From the NCBI GenBank assembly GCA_050251945.1, contig JBFWLW010000001.1, forward strand, positions 544,001 to 608,000: DNA of 64,000 bases, written 5' to 3'. Shown in pieces: positions 47,829 through 57,094 of the stretch (the first letter of the stretch is position 1; the number at the start of each line of letters is the position of its first letter). This stretch comes from Deferribacterales bacterium (GTDB lineage: Bacteria; Chrysiogenota; Deferribacteres; Deferribacterales; Geovibrionaceae). Below the pieces are notes generated by a model, which saw only the letters and a list, made by a program, of their open reading frames with translations, did not search any database and was not told the DNA's origin. The position numbers were made by a program, and so were the translations under genes.

Positions 47829-50147
47829 ATGACGCTTTCCGGTATGAATGTTAGCCGTAGAAAGTTCCTCGCAGCCTCGGGCGGTGTTGTTGCAGCCGGC
47901 CTCGTTGCTGCAAACCTCTCAACTCTCAAAGCTGTGGCAAGCGGACATTCGCCCGCTCCCACTGGTGAGATAGGAGAGAAGCACATAGCGTCAAGCTGCG
48001 AAATGTGCGTTAACAAATGCGGTTTCTTCGCTCATGTCGTGGACGGCAGACTTAAAAAACTTAACCCCAATCCTAAGTTTTTCAAGAGCCGTGCCATGCT
48101 TTGCGCAAGAGGAAACGCAGGCGCTGAAGAACCATATAACCCCGAAAGACTCACCAAACCTCTGCTTCGCGTGGGCGAAAGAGGCGAAGGAAAATGGAAA
48201 GAAATTTCCTATGAAGAGGCGTTTAAGCTTGTTGCAGAAAAACTGAAAGAATTCAAAGTTAAAAACGAGAACAGAAGCTCCGTTGCCTTCGCATCGTCAG
48301 AAGGTTTTCAGGAAGAAATGTTCCAGTACCTTGTTCAGTCTTACGGTTCAACAAATACCGTACGCCACCCCACTCTCTGTCTGTCCTCTGTTATTCAGGG
48401 ATGGTCATCAGTGTACGGCGTATATCCGGATGCTGACCTTAAAAATTCAAAGTTCGTTATCATGTTCGGAGCAAACAGAGCGGAAGCTATCGTTACTCCC
48501 GACTCCATAGACTTTGTTAAATATAAACCAGAAGGCGCGAAACTCATCTATCTCGATCCCCGCTTCACAAACACAGCGACAAAGGCGGATAAATGGTATC
48601 CCGTCAAGCCCGGAACAGACCTTGCGTTCGTTCTCGGTGTTATCAACGTTATCATAACCGAAAAGCTTTACGACGCGGCTTTTGTTGAACAGTTCTGCGA
48701 CGGTTTTGCAGACCTTGAAACAATGATCGCACCCCATACCCCCGAATGGGCGGAAAAAGAGTGCGAAATCCCCGCTGTTGAAATCCGCTGGGTAGCAAGA
48801 GAATTCGCAAAAGCAGCACCTGCGGCTGTCGCTTATCCCGGCAGAAGAACAAGCTGGTATGTCAACGACGTTTATTTCCGCAGAGCCTGCGCTATCCTTA
48901 CAGCTATATGCGGCTGCTGGGATGCACCCGGCGGAATATGTCCCAAAGCGTCCGTACCGCTTAAAAACCTCGACCCGCTCTTTCCTTATTTTGAAATGAC
49001 CGACGACCGTATCGACGTTGCATCATCTGTAAAAAACAGACTGCCTCAGGATAAAAGGTCGGATAACATGCCCACTGACAGTGTTGCATATCTCGGTGAA
49101 AAGGACGGAAGCTGGCTGAGATTCAGAGACGCAATCATCGCACAGGATCCCTACCCTGTTGAGGCTATGATCGTTTACAAACAGAACTTCATCGAAGCTG
49201 TGCCTAACCGCGCGAAAACCATGGAGATGCTGAAAAAGATCAAGTTCATGGCGGTTATAGATATCCAGATGACAGAGGTTGCATACTTCGCAGACCTTAT
49301 TATTCCGGAATCAACCTACCTTGAGCGCTGGGATTCGGTTCACAACCTTGCAAGCATATGGCCCATCGCAACATTCCGTCAGCCTGTTATAGAACCTGTA
49401 TTCGGAACAAAATCAATGTTCGAGATAGCTGGCGGCATCATCAACGAAATGCTGAAACTGCCCGAACTCTGGGACGATGCAGACGAAATGGAAGTTGAAG
49501 ACTTCAAAATGGACGTTGCCGAAGATATATTCGGTCAGCCTCTGGAAGAATACATCAAACATCAGCTCGCTGACCATCCCGGTGCATATGAGCAGATGAT
49601 GAAAGAGGGAGTTTTCTACCTCACCGACGAAGCTTCATACGGCAAAACACGCAACCCAGAATTCCGCTTTAAAACAAGAACAGGAAAGATCGAGCTTGCA
49701 AACGTTAAATACGCCGACAAAGGTCTGAGCCCCCTGCCCATCTATGCGGCACCCCGCCAGCCCGAACCCGGCAAATACCGTATGATCCTCGGACGTCACG
49801 GTTTCAACACTCACACAGGCACACAGAACAACGAATATCTCTGGGAGATCCAGAAAGAGAACGTTATCTGGATAAACACTGCAGAAGCCAAAAAGATAGG
49901 CGTTATTTCCGGCGACTATGTCACCGTGAAAAGCTCTGTCGGCGAACAGACAATAAAAGTCTTCTCTACAGAAAAGATACGCAAAGACTGCGTTTTCTTT
50001 GCACACGGCTACGGTCGTCTTTCACCCCAGCTCAGCCTTGTATACAAAAAAGGCGCATCGCAGGCGGCTATACTTGAGGACTACCTCGAGCCTATTTCCG
50101 GCAACGCTGCCATGCACGAAACTTTTGTATCAATCGCTAAGGCTTAA
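47829..50147 (+). CDS. Tat-exported molybdopterin oxidoreductase catalytic subunit (PsrA/PhsA/SrrA family)
   Basis: SRRKFL Tat motif, CEMCVNKC...LCARG Fe-S motif, HPTLC Mo-ligand Cys, PESTYLER. Confidence 0.92.
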   Translation: MTLSGMNVSRRKFLAASGGVVAAGLVAANLSTLKAVASGHSPAPTGEIGEKHIASSCEMCVNKCGFFAHVVDGRLKKLNPNPKFFKSRAMLCARGNAGAEEPYNPERLTKPLLRVGERGEGKWKEISYEEAFKLVAEKLKEFKVKNENRSSVAFASSEGFQEEMFQYLVQSYGSTNTVRHPTLCLSSVIQGWSSVYGVYPDADLKNSKFVIMFGANRAEAIVTPDSIDFVKYKPEGAKLIYLDPRFTNTATKADKWYPVKPGTDLAFVLGVINVIITEKLYDAAFVEQFCDGFADLETMIAPHTPEWAEKECEIPAVEIRWVAREFAKAAPAAVAYPGRRTSWYVNDVYFRRACAILTAICGCWDAPGGICPKASVPLKNLDPLFPYFEMTDDRIDVASSVKNRLPQDKRSDNMPTDSVAYLGEKDGSWLRFRDAIIAQDPYPVEAMIVYKQNFIEAVPNRAKTMEMLKKIKFMAVIDIQMTEVAYFADLIIPESTYLERWDSVHNLASIWPIATFRQPVIEPVFGTKSMFEIAGGIINEMLKLPELWDDADEMEVEDFKMDVAEDIFGQPLEEYIKHQLADHPGAYEQMMKEGVFYLTDEASYGKTRNPEFRFKTRTGKIELANVKYADKGLSPLPIYAAPRQPEPGKYRMILGRHGFNTHTGTQNNEYLWEIQKENVIWINTAEAKKIGVISGDYVTVKSSVGEQTIKVFSTEKIRKDCVFFAHGYGRLSPQLSLVYKKGASQAAILEDYLEPISGNAAMHETFVSIAKA

Positions 50148-50158
50148 GGGAGGCTTAA

Positions 50159-50716
50159 ATGAGTCAGAAAAAATACGGAATCGTATTAGATGCTAAAAAA
50201 TGCCTTAACTGCAAGGCATGTACAGTCGCCTGTAAGTTTGAGAACGGCGTTGAGGTAGGCGACGAACAATACAGAATATGGGTTGCCGAAAAAGAGCTTA
50301 AAGGCACTTTTCCCAATCTCCGTCTGGATTTTGAACCATCACAGTGCCAGCATTGTGAAAACACTCCCTGTGCAAGCGTATGCCCCACAAGCGCAACGTA
50401 CAAAACAGACGAGGGTGTGGTTCTCATCGACTATAAAAAATGTATCATCTGCAAAGCATGCATGACAGCTTGCCCCTATGATGCAAGGTTCGTAAGCGAG
50501 GTTCACCACGCTATTGAAAAATGCACTTTCTGCTATCACAGACTCCCCGAAGGCAGAGAGCCTGCATGTGTGGAAACATGCCCCACAAAGGTAAGAGTTT
50601 TCGGCGATCTGAACGACCCGAACTCTAAAGCTGCGAAGCTGCTGGCAAAGCATGATACATATCAGCTTAAGCCTGAGAAGAACACCAGACCCAGACTGTT
50701 CTACATCATCAAGTAA
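50159..50716 (+). CDS. 4x[4Fe-4S] electron-transfer subunit (PsrB/NrfC-like)
   Basis: CLNCKACTVAC, CQHCENTPCASVCP, CIICKACMTACP, CTFC...PACVETCP. Confidence 0.95.
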   Translation: MSQKKYGIVLDAKKCLNCKACTVACKFENGVEVGDEQYRIWVAEKELKGTFPNLRLDFEPSQCQHCENTPCASVCPTSATYKTDEGVVLIDYKKCIICKACMTACPYDARFVSEVHHAIEKCTFCYHRLPEGREPACVETCPTKVRVFGDLNDPNSKAAKLLAKHDTYQLKPEKNTRPRLFYIIK

Positions 50717-50730
50717 GGACGGAGGAAAGA

Positions 50731-51954
50731 ATGTCAGCACAAGATACTGAAACAAAACAAGGAATAATATCAACCATCAAAGGTCTGATAACCTTCAACA
50801 AAGATATCCCTGTCATGCCCCTGATCCTTATAGGTCTGGTTTTGGCGGGCATAGGCGCTGTAACTGCTGTTATAGTGCTTGTGAAAGGTCACGAACAAAT
50901 GTATGCGGTAAACCGCGAGGTACCGTGGGGTATGCTCATCGGAACATACGCGTATTTTGTTATCACATCAACGGGTCTCGCTTTCATCGGCGGTCTCGGA
51001 CACGCGTTCGGATTTGAGAACTTCGCAAAAATAGGCAGACGCATAGTTGTCCTTGCAACACTGGTACTGCTTGCAGGTTTCACACAGATACTCATGGAAC
51101 TCGGACACCCCATCCGCATGATCATCTGGATGATGCTTTCACCCAATTTCGCAGCTCCTATCCTCTGGATGGGCGTGTTCTATTCTATAGAACTTGTCAT
51201 CCTCGCACTGGAGCTTTACTACGCTTTCAAAGCACACCCCACTGAAAAAGACCACAGAACAGCCGCCATGCTCGGCTTTGCGGCAATGGTAGTCGGTACG
51301 CTTGCGACAAGCAACCTCGGTTTCGTGTTCGGTTCACTCACCGCACGTCCCTGGCTGTACGGCGTACACTTCCCTCTGTTCCTTGTGGTGTCCGGCATAA
51401 CAGCGGGTGCGGCTCTGCTTATGCTTGTGCATAACATCGCATACAGATTCAGCATCCCCGAAGAGTTCAAACCTTCCATGAATGCGCTTGCAAAACTCAT
51501 GGGCGGCGGTATCGGCATAATGATGCTTATGTATGTCTGGAAGTTCCTCACATCCATCTTCACACAGCCCGCAGGTTCATATGAGTCCGCAATGGCTCTC
51601 ATAGCAGGACCTCTGGCGGCTAACTTCTGGATTGGCGAAATGCTTCTGGCGGTTATTATCCCCCTTCTTCTGCTTGTAACGGCAAAGGGGAACACGAAAA
51701 GATACGGCATAGCAGGACTTGTGTTTATGATCGGTCTCTATTTCACAAGGGTTAACTACATAGTCGCAGGTCAGATGCCCGTTATGCGTGTGGCAACCGA
51801 CGGTTCAGGCGTACATGCAAACGTTAACGGTCTCGCGATATATTCACCGTCCATAGCCGAGTGGGGCATTTTCCTCCTCGGAATAGGCGCGGCGATGGTT
51901 CTGTATTTCAGCGCAGAAAAATTTCTGGATCTGAAAACACCTGAACATCACTAA
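50731..51954 (+). CDS. NrfD/PsrC-family membrane anchor
   Basis: VPWG..I..Y.YF, ELGHP.R, RPW, R...IVAGQ, PS.AEW. Confidence 0.92.
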   Translation: MSAQDTETKQGIISTIKGLITFNKDIPVMPLILIGLVLAGIGAVTAVIVLVKGHEQMYAVNREVPWGMLIGTYAYFVITSTGLAFIGGLGHAFGFENFAKIGRRIVVLATLVLLAGFTQILMELGHPIRMIIWMMLSPNFAAPILWMGVFYSIELVILALELYYAFKAHPTEKDHRTAAMLGFAAMVVGTLATSNLGFVFGSLTARPWLYGVHFPLFLVVSGITAGAALLMLVHNIAYRFSIPEEFKPSMNALAKLMGGGIGIMMLMYVWKFLTSIFTQPAGSYESAMALIAGPLAANFWIGEMLLAVIIPLLLLVTAKGNTKRYGIAGLVFMIGLYFTRVNYIVAGQMPVMRVATDGSGVHANVNGLAIYSPSIAEWGIFLLGIGAAMVLYFSAEKFLDLKTPEHH

Positions 51955-51973
51955 GATATTCACAGATAAAAAT

Positions 51974-52004
51974 AAAGGGCAGCTTTCGGGCTGCCTTTTT
52001 TTTT
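51974..52004 (+). terminator. Rho-independent terminator
   Basis: aaagggcagc-tttcgg-gctgcctttttttt. Confidence 0.85.
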
Positions 52005-52247
52005 GATATTATATAATGTATACAATATGCATTGAAAAATATATACAGATGTGTATAATCAAAACATCAGTTGATACTCACAAACCAGTTCCTCTTTTTT
52101 TTATTTCATTGTAAGTAAAGCTAAATACGATTGCATACTGTATTCAGTATACAGAATATATGAATTTCTGTATATTAATATACACCAGAAACAAACTTTG
52201 TTTGAGTTTATGGGCAACAGTGCATTAAAAACGTTGGAGGTTGTTTT

Positions 52248-53462
52248 ATGCGTTTTATGAGCAGACTGTTTATTGTTCTCTCGCTGATTGCGGCTCTTTT
52301 TGTTATGGGCTGCGGAGAAGCTGCAAAAGCTCCCGCCGCACCTGCCAAGGCCGCCGAGGCAGCTAGCGTTGCTGACATGGCAAAAGCTGCCAAAGTTGAA
52401 CTGGTTAAGTTTGAAGAAGTCAACAAGATAGTCGGTAACGGCGTCTATGACAAAACCAGAGGCACACTCGTTGATGCGCGCCCCGCAAAGGTATACGCCG
52501 CATCTCATATTCCCACAGCTTTCCTTCTGTCAGACACAGCAATAGCTGAATACTGGCCTGCATTTGAAAAACTCGGTCTCGCAAAAGATGCCTACATAGT
52601 TACATACTGTGGCGGCGTTAAATGCGAAAAGTCTCTTATCGTAGCAAAATATCTGAAAGAACAGGGATATACAAACGTTAAGATGTATCTTGACGGTATG
52701 CCCGACTGGCAGACAAAAAACTACGGCGAAATAACTATCGACACAGCCAAAAAATTCTTTGACAACGGCAAAGCAGTCTTCATAGACGCACGCCCCGCAA
52801 AGATTTTTGCCAAAGGCTCAATCCCCGGATCAATCAGCATCCCCGACACAGAGTGGGCAACTGCAAAGGTCAATCTTCCCGCTGACAAAGAAGCTCTTTA
52901 CATCCCCTATTGCGGCGGATTTAAATGTGAAAAATCTCACTTTGTAGCAGAGCAGATGTTCAAACTCGGCTATAAAAACGTTCAGGTTTATGCAGGCGGT
53001 GTTCCTGAGTGGCAGGCGGCAGGATATCCTCTTGCACCCGCAGGTAAAGTTGCCGCTCCCGCAGAAGCACCCAAAGCTGCTGCTCCCGCATCAACTGGCG
53101 GACTTCCTCAGGGCGATGAACCGGGTATCATAAGCACAGCTTACTTTGTTTCTACAGTTGCAGATCCGGCAAAAAGACCCGCAGACGTAACCATCGTTGA
53201 CGTACGCAACGCAAACGAACTTTCCGACGGCGTTTTCCCCGGCTCCATCAACATCTCTTCCAAAGAGACTGCAAACGGATGCCCCGCTTTCACAGCTAAG
53301 CTTCCCAAAACAGGTTATGTTATATTCCACTGTGCTTCCGGCGGACGCGCAATGGAAGTTTATGACTTCCTTAAAGACACATGTAAACTGCCCGACATGT
53401 CAAGATTCTATTTCCTTGACGCATATGTAAACTGTTCAGGCGGTAATTGTACTGCTAAGTAA
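52248..53462 (+). CDS. Triple rhodanese-domain lipoprotein (SrrE-like)
   Basis: VMGC lipobox; DARP..., CGGVKCEKS, CGGFKCEKS, CASGGRA active-site loops. Confidence 0.88.
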   Translation: MRFMSRLFIVLSLIAALFVMGCGEAAKAPAAPAKAAEAASVADMAKAAKVELVKFEEVNKIVGNGVYDKTRGTLVDARPAKVYAASHIPTAFLLSDTAIAEYWPAFEKLGLAKDAYIVTYCGGVKCEKSLIVAKYLKEQGYTNVKMYLDGMPDWQTKNYGEITIDTAKKFFDNGKAVFIDARPAKIFAKGSIPGSISIPDTEWATAKVNLPADKEALYIPYCGGFKCEKSHFVAEQMFKLGYKNVQVYAGGVPEWQAAGYPLAPAGKVAAPAEAPKAAAPASTGGLPQGDEPGIISTAYFVSTVADPAKRPADVTIVDVRNANELSDGVFPGSINISSKETANGCPAFTAKLPKTGYVIFHCASGGRAMEVYDFLKDTCKLPDMSRFYFLDAYVNCSGGNCTAK

Positions 53463-53483
53463 TCGCGGCGATATTTCGTCTTT

Positions 53484-53514
53484 AAAAGGCGGGGCATATG
53501 CTCCGCCTTTTTTT
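53484..53514 (+). terminator. Rho-independent terminator
   Basis: aaaaggcggggc-atat-gctccgccttttttt. Confidence 0.85.
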
Positions 53515-53573
53515 GCTTGTGCCTCCTGTAAAAACAGATATAATATAACATAGTTTTATCAGGAGGCAAAAAT

Positions 53574-54350
53574 ATGGGCAATTCTGTAATAATCGCTGAA
53601 AAATCAGGTCACAAAGGCTATATCATCCTGAACCGCCCCGATGCATACAACACATTTTCGGAAGAATTCGCACTCCTGCTGAACAAAGCTCTGGAAGATT
53701 TCGACAGAGATGACGAGGTTCGTGTCGTAATCGTTAAGAACAACGGAAAGCATTTTTCCACGGGAATAGACCTGCACGAACTGGAAAAGGTCGAAGATTC
53801 AAAACTGATTGAGTTCATCTCCCTTATGGACAGGCACAACCACACCATCGCAAACATGAGAACCCCTGTAATATCATCGGTAAAGGGTTATTGCGTTGCA
53901 AACGGAGCCAGCCTCAGTTTCGGATGCGATATGACGATATCTGCTGAATCTGCACGCTTCGGCACAACTGCAGTCAATATTGGACTAATATGCACAGGTC
54001 CCGGCGTACCGCTTTCAAAACTTGTAAGCAAGAAGAAGGCTATGGAGATGATACTTCTGGGTGATCAGCTCACGGCACAGCAGGCGCTTGAGCTTGGGCT
54101 TGTGAACTGGGTTGTACCTGACGATGAACTTGATGCAAAAACAGAAGAAATAGCCGACAAACTGGCATCTAAAAGCCCTCTGGCTGTGGCGGCAGGCAAG
54201 ATAGGACTGAGCGCGACATACGACATGGGATTTCATGCGTCTATAGATAACGGTTCAAAGGTTTTCGCAGGTCTCTGCGCAACGGAGGACGCCGCCGAGG
54301 GTATCCGCGCCTTTTTTGAAAAGCGCAAAGCCGAGTGGAAACTTAAGTAA
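53574..54350 (+). CDS. Enoyl-CoA hydratase/isomerase family protein
   Basis: LNRP..YN, FSTGIDL, GLVN.VVP, EGIRAF.EKR. Confidence 0.92.
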   Translation: MGNSVIIAEKSGHKGYIILNRPDAYNTFSEEFALLLNKALEDFDRDDEVRVVIVKNNGKHFSTGIDLHELEKVEDSKLIEFISLMDRHNHTIANMRTPVISSVKGYCVANGASLSFGCDMTISAESARFGTTAVNIGLICTGPGVPLSKLVSKKKAMEMILLGDQLTAQQALELGLVNWVVPDDELDAKTEEIADKLASKSPLAVAAGKIGLSATYDMGFHASIDNGSKVFAGLCATEDAAEGIRAFFEKRKAEWKLK

Positions 54351-54380
54351 AACAAAAAAAGGCGTGATTCTGCCCCGCCT

Positions 54381-54576
54381 CAGACTGATGACAAAGAAGA
54401 AAAAGACTATATCTAGATCGCGTCGTCGCTTTATTCGACAAATAGTTTAAAGTGGACTCATTCAGCCTGCGGCTAGTGCTTCTCGCGAAGACGGAAATAA
54501 AAACCTGTCTCTGCGAGGGCTTTAGCCCGAAGCAGTCTAATTGTTTCATATAAATCTTTTGTTTGTCAACAACATA
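54381..54576. mobile_element. MITE-like element with IS1182-like ends, containing REP copy D
   Basis: cagactgatgacaaa / tttgtcaacaacata ends; flanking repeats aggcgtgattctgccccgcct / aggtggggtttcgccccgcct. Confidence 0.6.
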
Positions 54577-54595
54577 AGGTGGGGTTTCGCCCCGC

Positions 54596-55702
54596 CTATT
54601 CAAGTTCTAAGCCCTTTTCCTTCCGTAATGTATCTATCTTTTCCAACGGTCTTTCAAGTTGTTTCGTGCGTGTAGTGGTCAGCGCCTCGAACTCTTTCTT
54701 AACGTCATCTATGCGCTTGCCCAACGTATCGAATTTGTCGGTAAACATGCGCCACTGTTTATAAAACTCGCTGAACAGTTTCAGCATATCCGCAGAAGTG
54801 CTTTCAAATGCGAAATTTTCAACCGACTGTCTGATAACCGCCAGCACAGCGAAAAGTGACATCGGCGAAGTCAGCACAACGTTATTCGCCAGCGCATAAT
54901 CCATCACAGTGTCGTCATTTTCATAAATGAATTCGTAAACGCTCTCGTTGGGGATGAACAGAAGAACAACGTCCAAAGTGTTTTCGCTCCTGTCAACATA
55001 GCCTCTGTCCTTAACGTCCTTTATCTTGGTTTTAACGTCTTTTATGAACAGTTTAAGGCATGCATCCCGCTCCGAACCTTCCGTCTGATAAAATCTGACA
55101 TAGTTATCCAGAGGGAACTTGACATCCATGTTCAGCATCAAACCTTTTGGAAGCATGAAAGTGAAATCCGGACGGCTGCCGTTCTTCATGGTTGTCTGTT
55201 CTTTGTAGTTTACGTTCTCTATCAGCCCGGCGGCGCGGATTATATCCAGCGCCATCCGCTCGCCCCACCTGCCCCTTTCGGCGGATGAAGACAGTGCGCG
55301 GTTAAGGTCGTTAGCAACGTCCGTAAGGCGCTCGGTCTGTCGGACGGTTCCTTTTATCTGTTCGGAAATCTCCGCAAACTTTGACTCACGCTCTTTTTCC
55401 ATGGAATTCATGAACAGTTGCAGTTTCTCAAGGCTGTCCTTCATATGCACAAGCTGGGCGTCGATAAGTTCTTTTTTGCCTTCGAGCTGTCTCTCGCCCT
55501 CACCCGTTTTCGCATCCAGCGTGAGCTTCGCCAGCCTGATAAACTCCTCGGAATTGCGGGAAAGACTGTCCATGGAGACCTGCGCGAACACGTTTTTCAG
55601 TCCGTCCGCCATCTCCTCTTCCCTGCGTCGAAGAAAATAGGACGCGCCGAACCCGCAGAGGCATCCGGCGATGAAAACCATGATAACTATAACGTAGCTC
55701 AT
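54596..55702 (-). CDS. rmuC: DNA recombination protein RmuC
   Basis: RGRWGE, RPD....P......DVKFP, FIPNE, SP.SL. Confidence 0.92.
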   Translation of the reverse strand: MSYVIVIMVFIAGCLCGFGASYFLRRREEEMADGLKNVFAQVSMDSLSRNSEEFIRLAKLTLDAKTGEGERQLEGKKELIDAQLVHMKDSLEKLQLFMNSMEKERESKFAEISEQIKGTVRQTERLTDVANDLNRALSSSAERGRWGERMALDIIRAAGLIENVNYKEQTTMKNGSRPDFTFMLPKGLMLNMDVKFPLDNYVRFYQTEGSERDACLKLFIKDVKTKIKDVKDRGYVDRSENTLDVVLLFIPNESVYEFIYENDDTVMDYALANNVVLTSPMSLFAVLAVIRQSVENFAFESTSADMLKLFSEFYKQWRMFTDKFDTLGKRIDDVKKEFEALTTTRTKQLERPLEKIDTLRKEKGLELE

Positions 55703-56316
55703 ATTCCTGCCTTAAGCTTTATAAGGGCGTTCACAACCGCCCCCGCACAGGGACTGCCGCCCTTTGTGCCTATATTTGTAATATATCCCATCCCGCTCTC
55801 CGCGAGCATTGCCTTGCTCTCCGCCGCCATAACAAACCCCACCGGAAGACCTATCACCAGTGCGGGATTGATCAGCCCCTCTTTGTGCAGTTCCATTATC
55901 TTAAGCAGTGCCGTCGGCGCGTTGCCCACTGCATATATCGCTTCGGGATAGTTCCTTGCGGCGTATTCCATACTGTATTCCGCGCGTGTCTTGCCCTGCG
56001 CCGCCGCTTCGGCAGCCACATTATTGTCAGTTATAAAACAATGGCGCTCTATGCCCACAGCCTCTGTATATTTTGCCGTAATGGCGGTCTTCACCATGTT
56101 CACATCGCATATCACAGGCAGTCTGCGTTCAAGAGCATCCATAGCCCTTTCAATGGCATCGGGGCTGAAAAGCGTCATTTTCGCGAATTCAAAATCCCCT
56201 GTGGTGTGTATCAGACGCATAACAACGCGTTTTTGCCTCTCGTCGTATGCCGAAAGGTCGCACCCCGCCTCTATTATCTCAAAAGACTCCTTCTCAATTC
56301 TGTCGCCCTTGTTCAT
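55699..56316 (-). CDS. cbiC: Precorrin-8X methylmutase
   Basis: IEKESF.II, R.IHTTGDF, VGNAPTAL, PVGFV.AAESK, KGGS. Confidence 0.95.
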   Translation of the reverse strand: MNKGDRIEKESFEIIEAGCDLSAYDERQKRVVMRLIHTTGDFEFAKMTLFSPDAIERAMDALERRLPVICDVNMVKTAITAKYTEAVGIERHCFITDNNVAAEAAAQGKTRAEYSMEYAARNYPEAIYAVGNAPTALLKIMELHKEGLINPALVIGLPVGFVMAAESKAMLAESGMGYITNIGTKGGSPCAGAVVNALIKLKAGI

Positions 56317-56318
56317 GC

Positions 56319-57002
56319 TTAGCCCTTTTTAAGTATTGCGGTGGAAAGATAATTTATCTTTTTTGTCTCTTCGCCGTTAAGATCCAGTATTATCTCGTCA
56401 TCAAGGGTCGCGCGTGAAATCACATACGCGGTCTTTATGCCGTTTTCTTTGACGAAATTTTTCAGCACATCCAGCTTGTTATGCACCTTCATAACGAACA
56501 CGGTTGCGAATTTTTCAGTACATTCCTTAAGGAACGACGTGTCGTCCTTCATCTCAACCGTACAGAAGCTCTCGTCCTTCTCCGTAACCGACATACAAAG
56601 GATGTTCGGCACAGCGGAAATGGCGGATATACCCGGAACAAATTCCATTTTAACGCCGTAGTTTTCCAGTTTATGCGCCAGATAGTTCAGGGTCGAATAT
56701 ATGGGCGCGTCGCCGATGGTGACGTAGGTGACTTTTTTGCCTTCCTTCACCATGCCGTGTATATCGGCGGCAAGTGCGGCATATTTCGTATCAAGGTCAC
56801 CCTTGTCCCCTGTCATGGGGAAATAATACATATATATTTTCTCTTCGGGAACAATACCTTTAATAATATCCTTTGCGAGACTTCTGCCTGTCTTGTCCGA
56901 CTGGGGAACAACGACAACGTCGCTTTCGTTCATGAGGCGTACAGCCTTAACTGTCAAAAGTTCTGGGTCGCCGGGTCCTATTCCTATTCCGTAGATTTTC
57001 AT
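56319..57002 (-). CDS. cbiL: Precorrin-2 C20-methyltransferase
   Basis: GIGIGPGDPELLT.KA, FPM, TIGD..IYST, VPGIS. Confidence 0.92.
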   Translation of the reverse strand: MKIYGIGIGPGDPELLTVKAVRLMNESDVVVVPQSDKTGRSLAKDIIKGIVPEEKIYMYYFPMTGDKGDLDTKYAALAADIHGMVKEGKKVTYVTIGDAPIYSTLNYLAHKLENYGVKMEFVPGISAISAVPNILCMSVTEKDESFCTVEMKDDTSFLKECTEKFATVFVMKVHNKLDVLKNFVKENGIKTAYVISRATLDDEIILDLNGEETKKINYLSTAILKKG

Positions 57003-57023
57003 TTCAACTCCTGAAAACTTTAT

Positions 57024-57090
57024 GAGATTGCCACGTCGCTACGCTTCTAGCAATGACGTCTTTGCGGGGAACAGAGTGACGAAGCAATCT
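57024..57090. repeat. REP-like element, copy E
   Basis: gagattgccacgtcgct...gcaatgac / gtctttgcgggga...gacgaagcaatct. Confidence 0.75.
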
Positions 57091-57094
57091 GAAT

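Noticed and set aside
47829..53462. Selenocysteine recoding in the reductase or rhodanese
   Set aside because: The ORFs are uninterrupted and use Cys at the motif positions.
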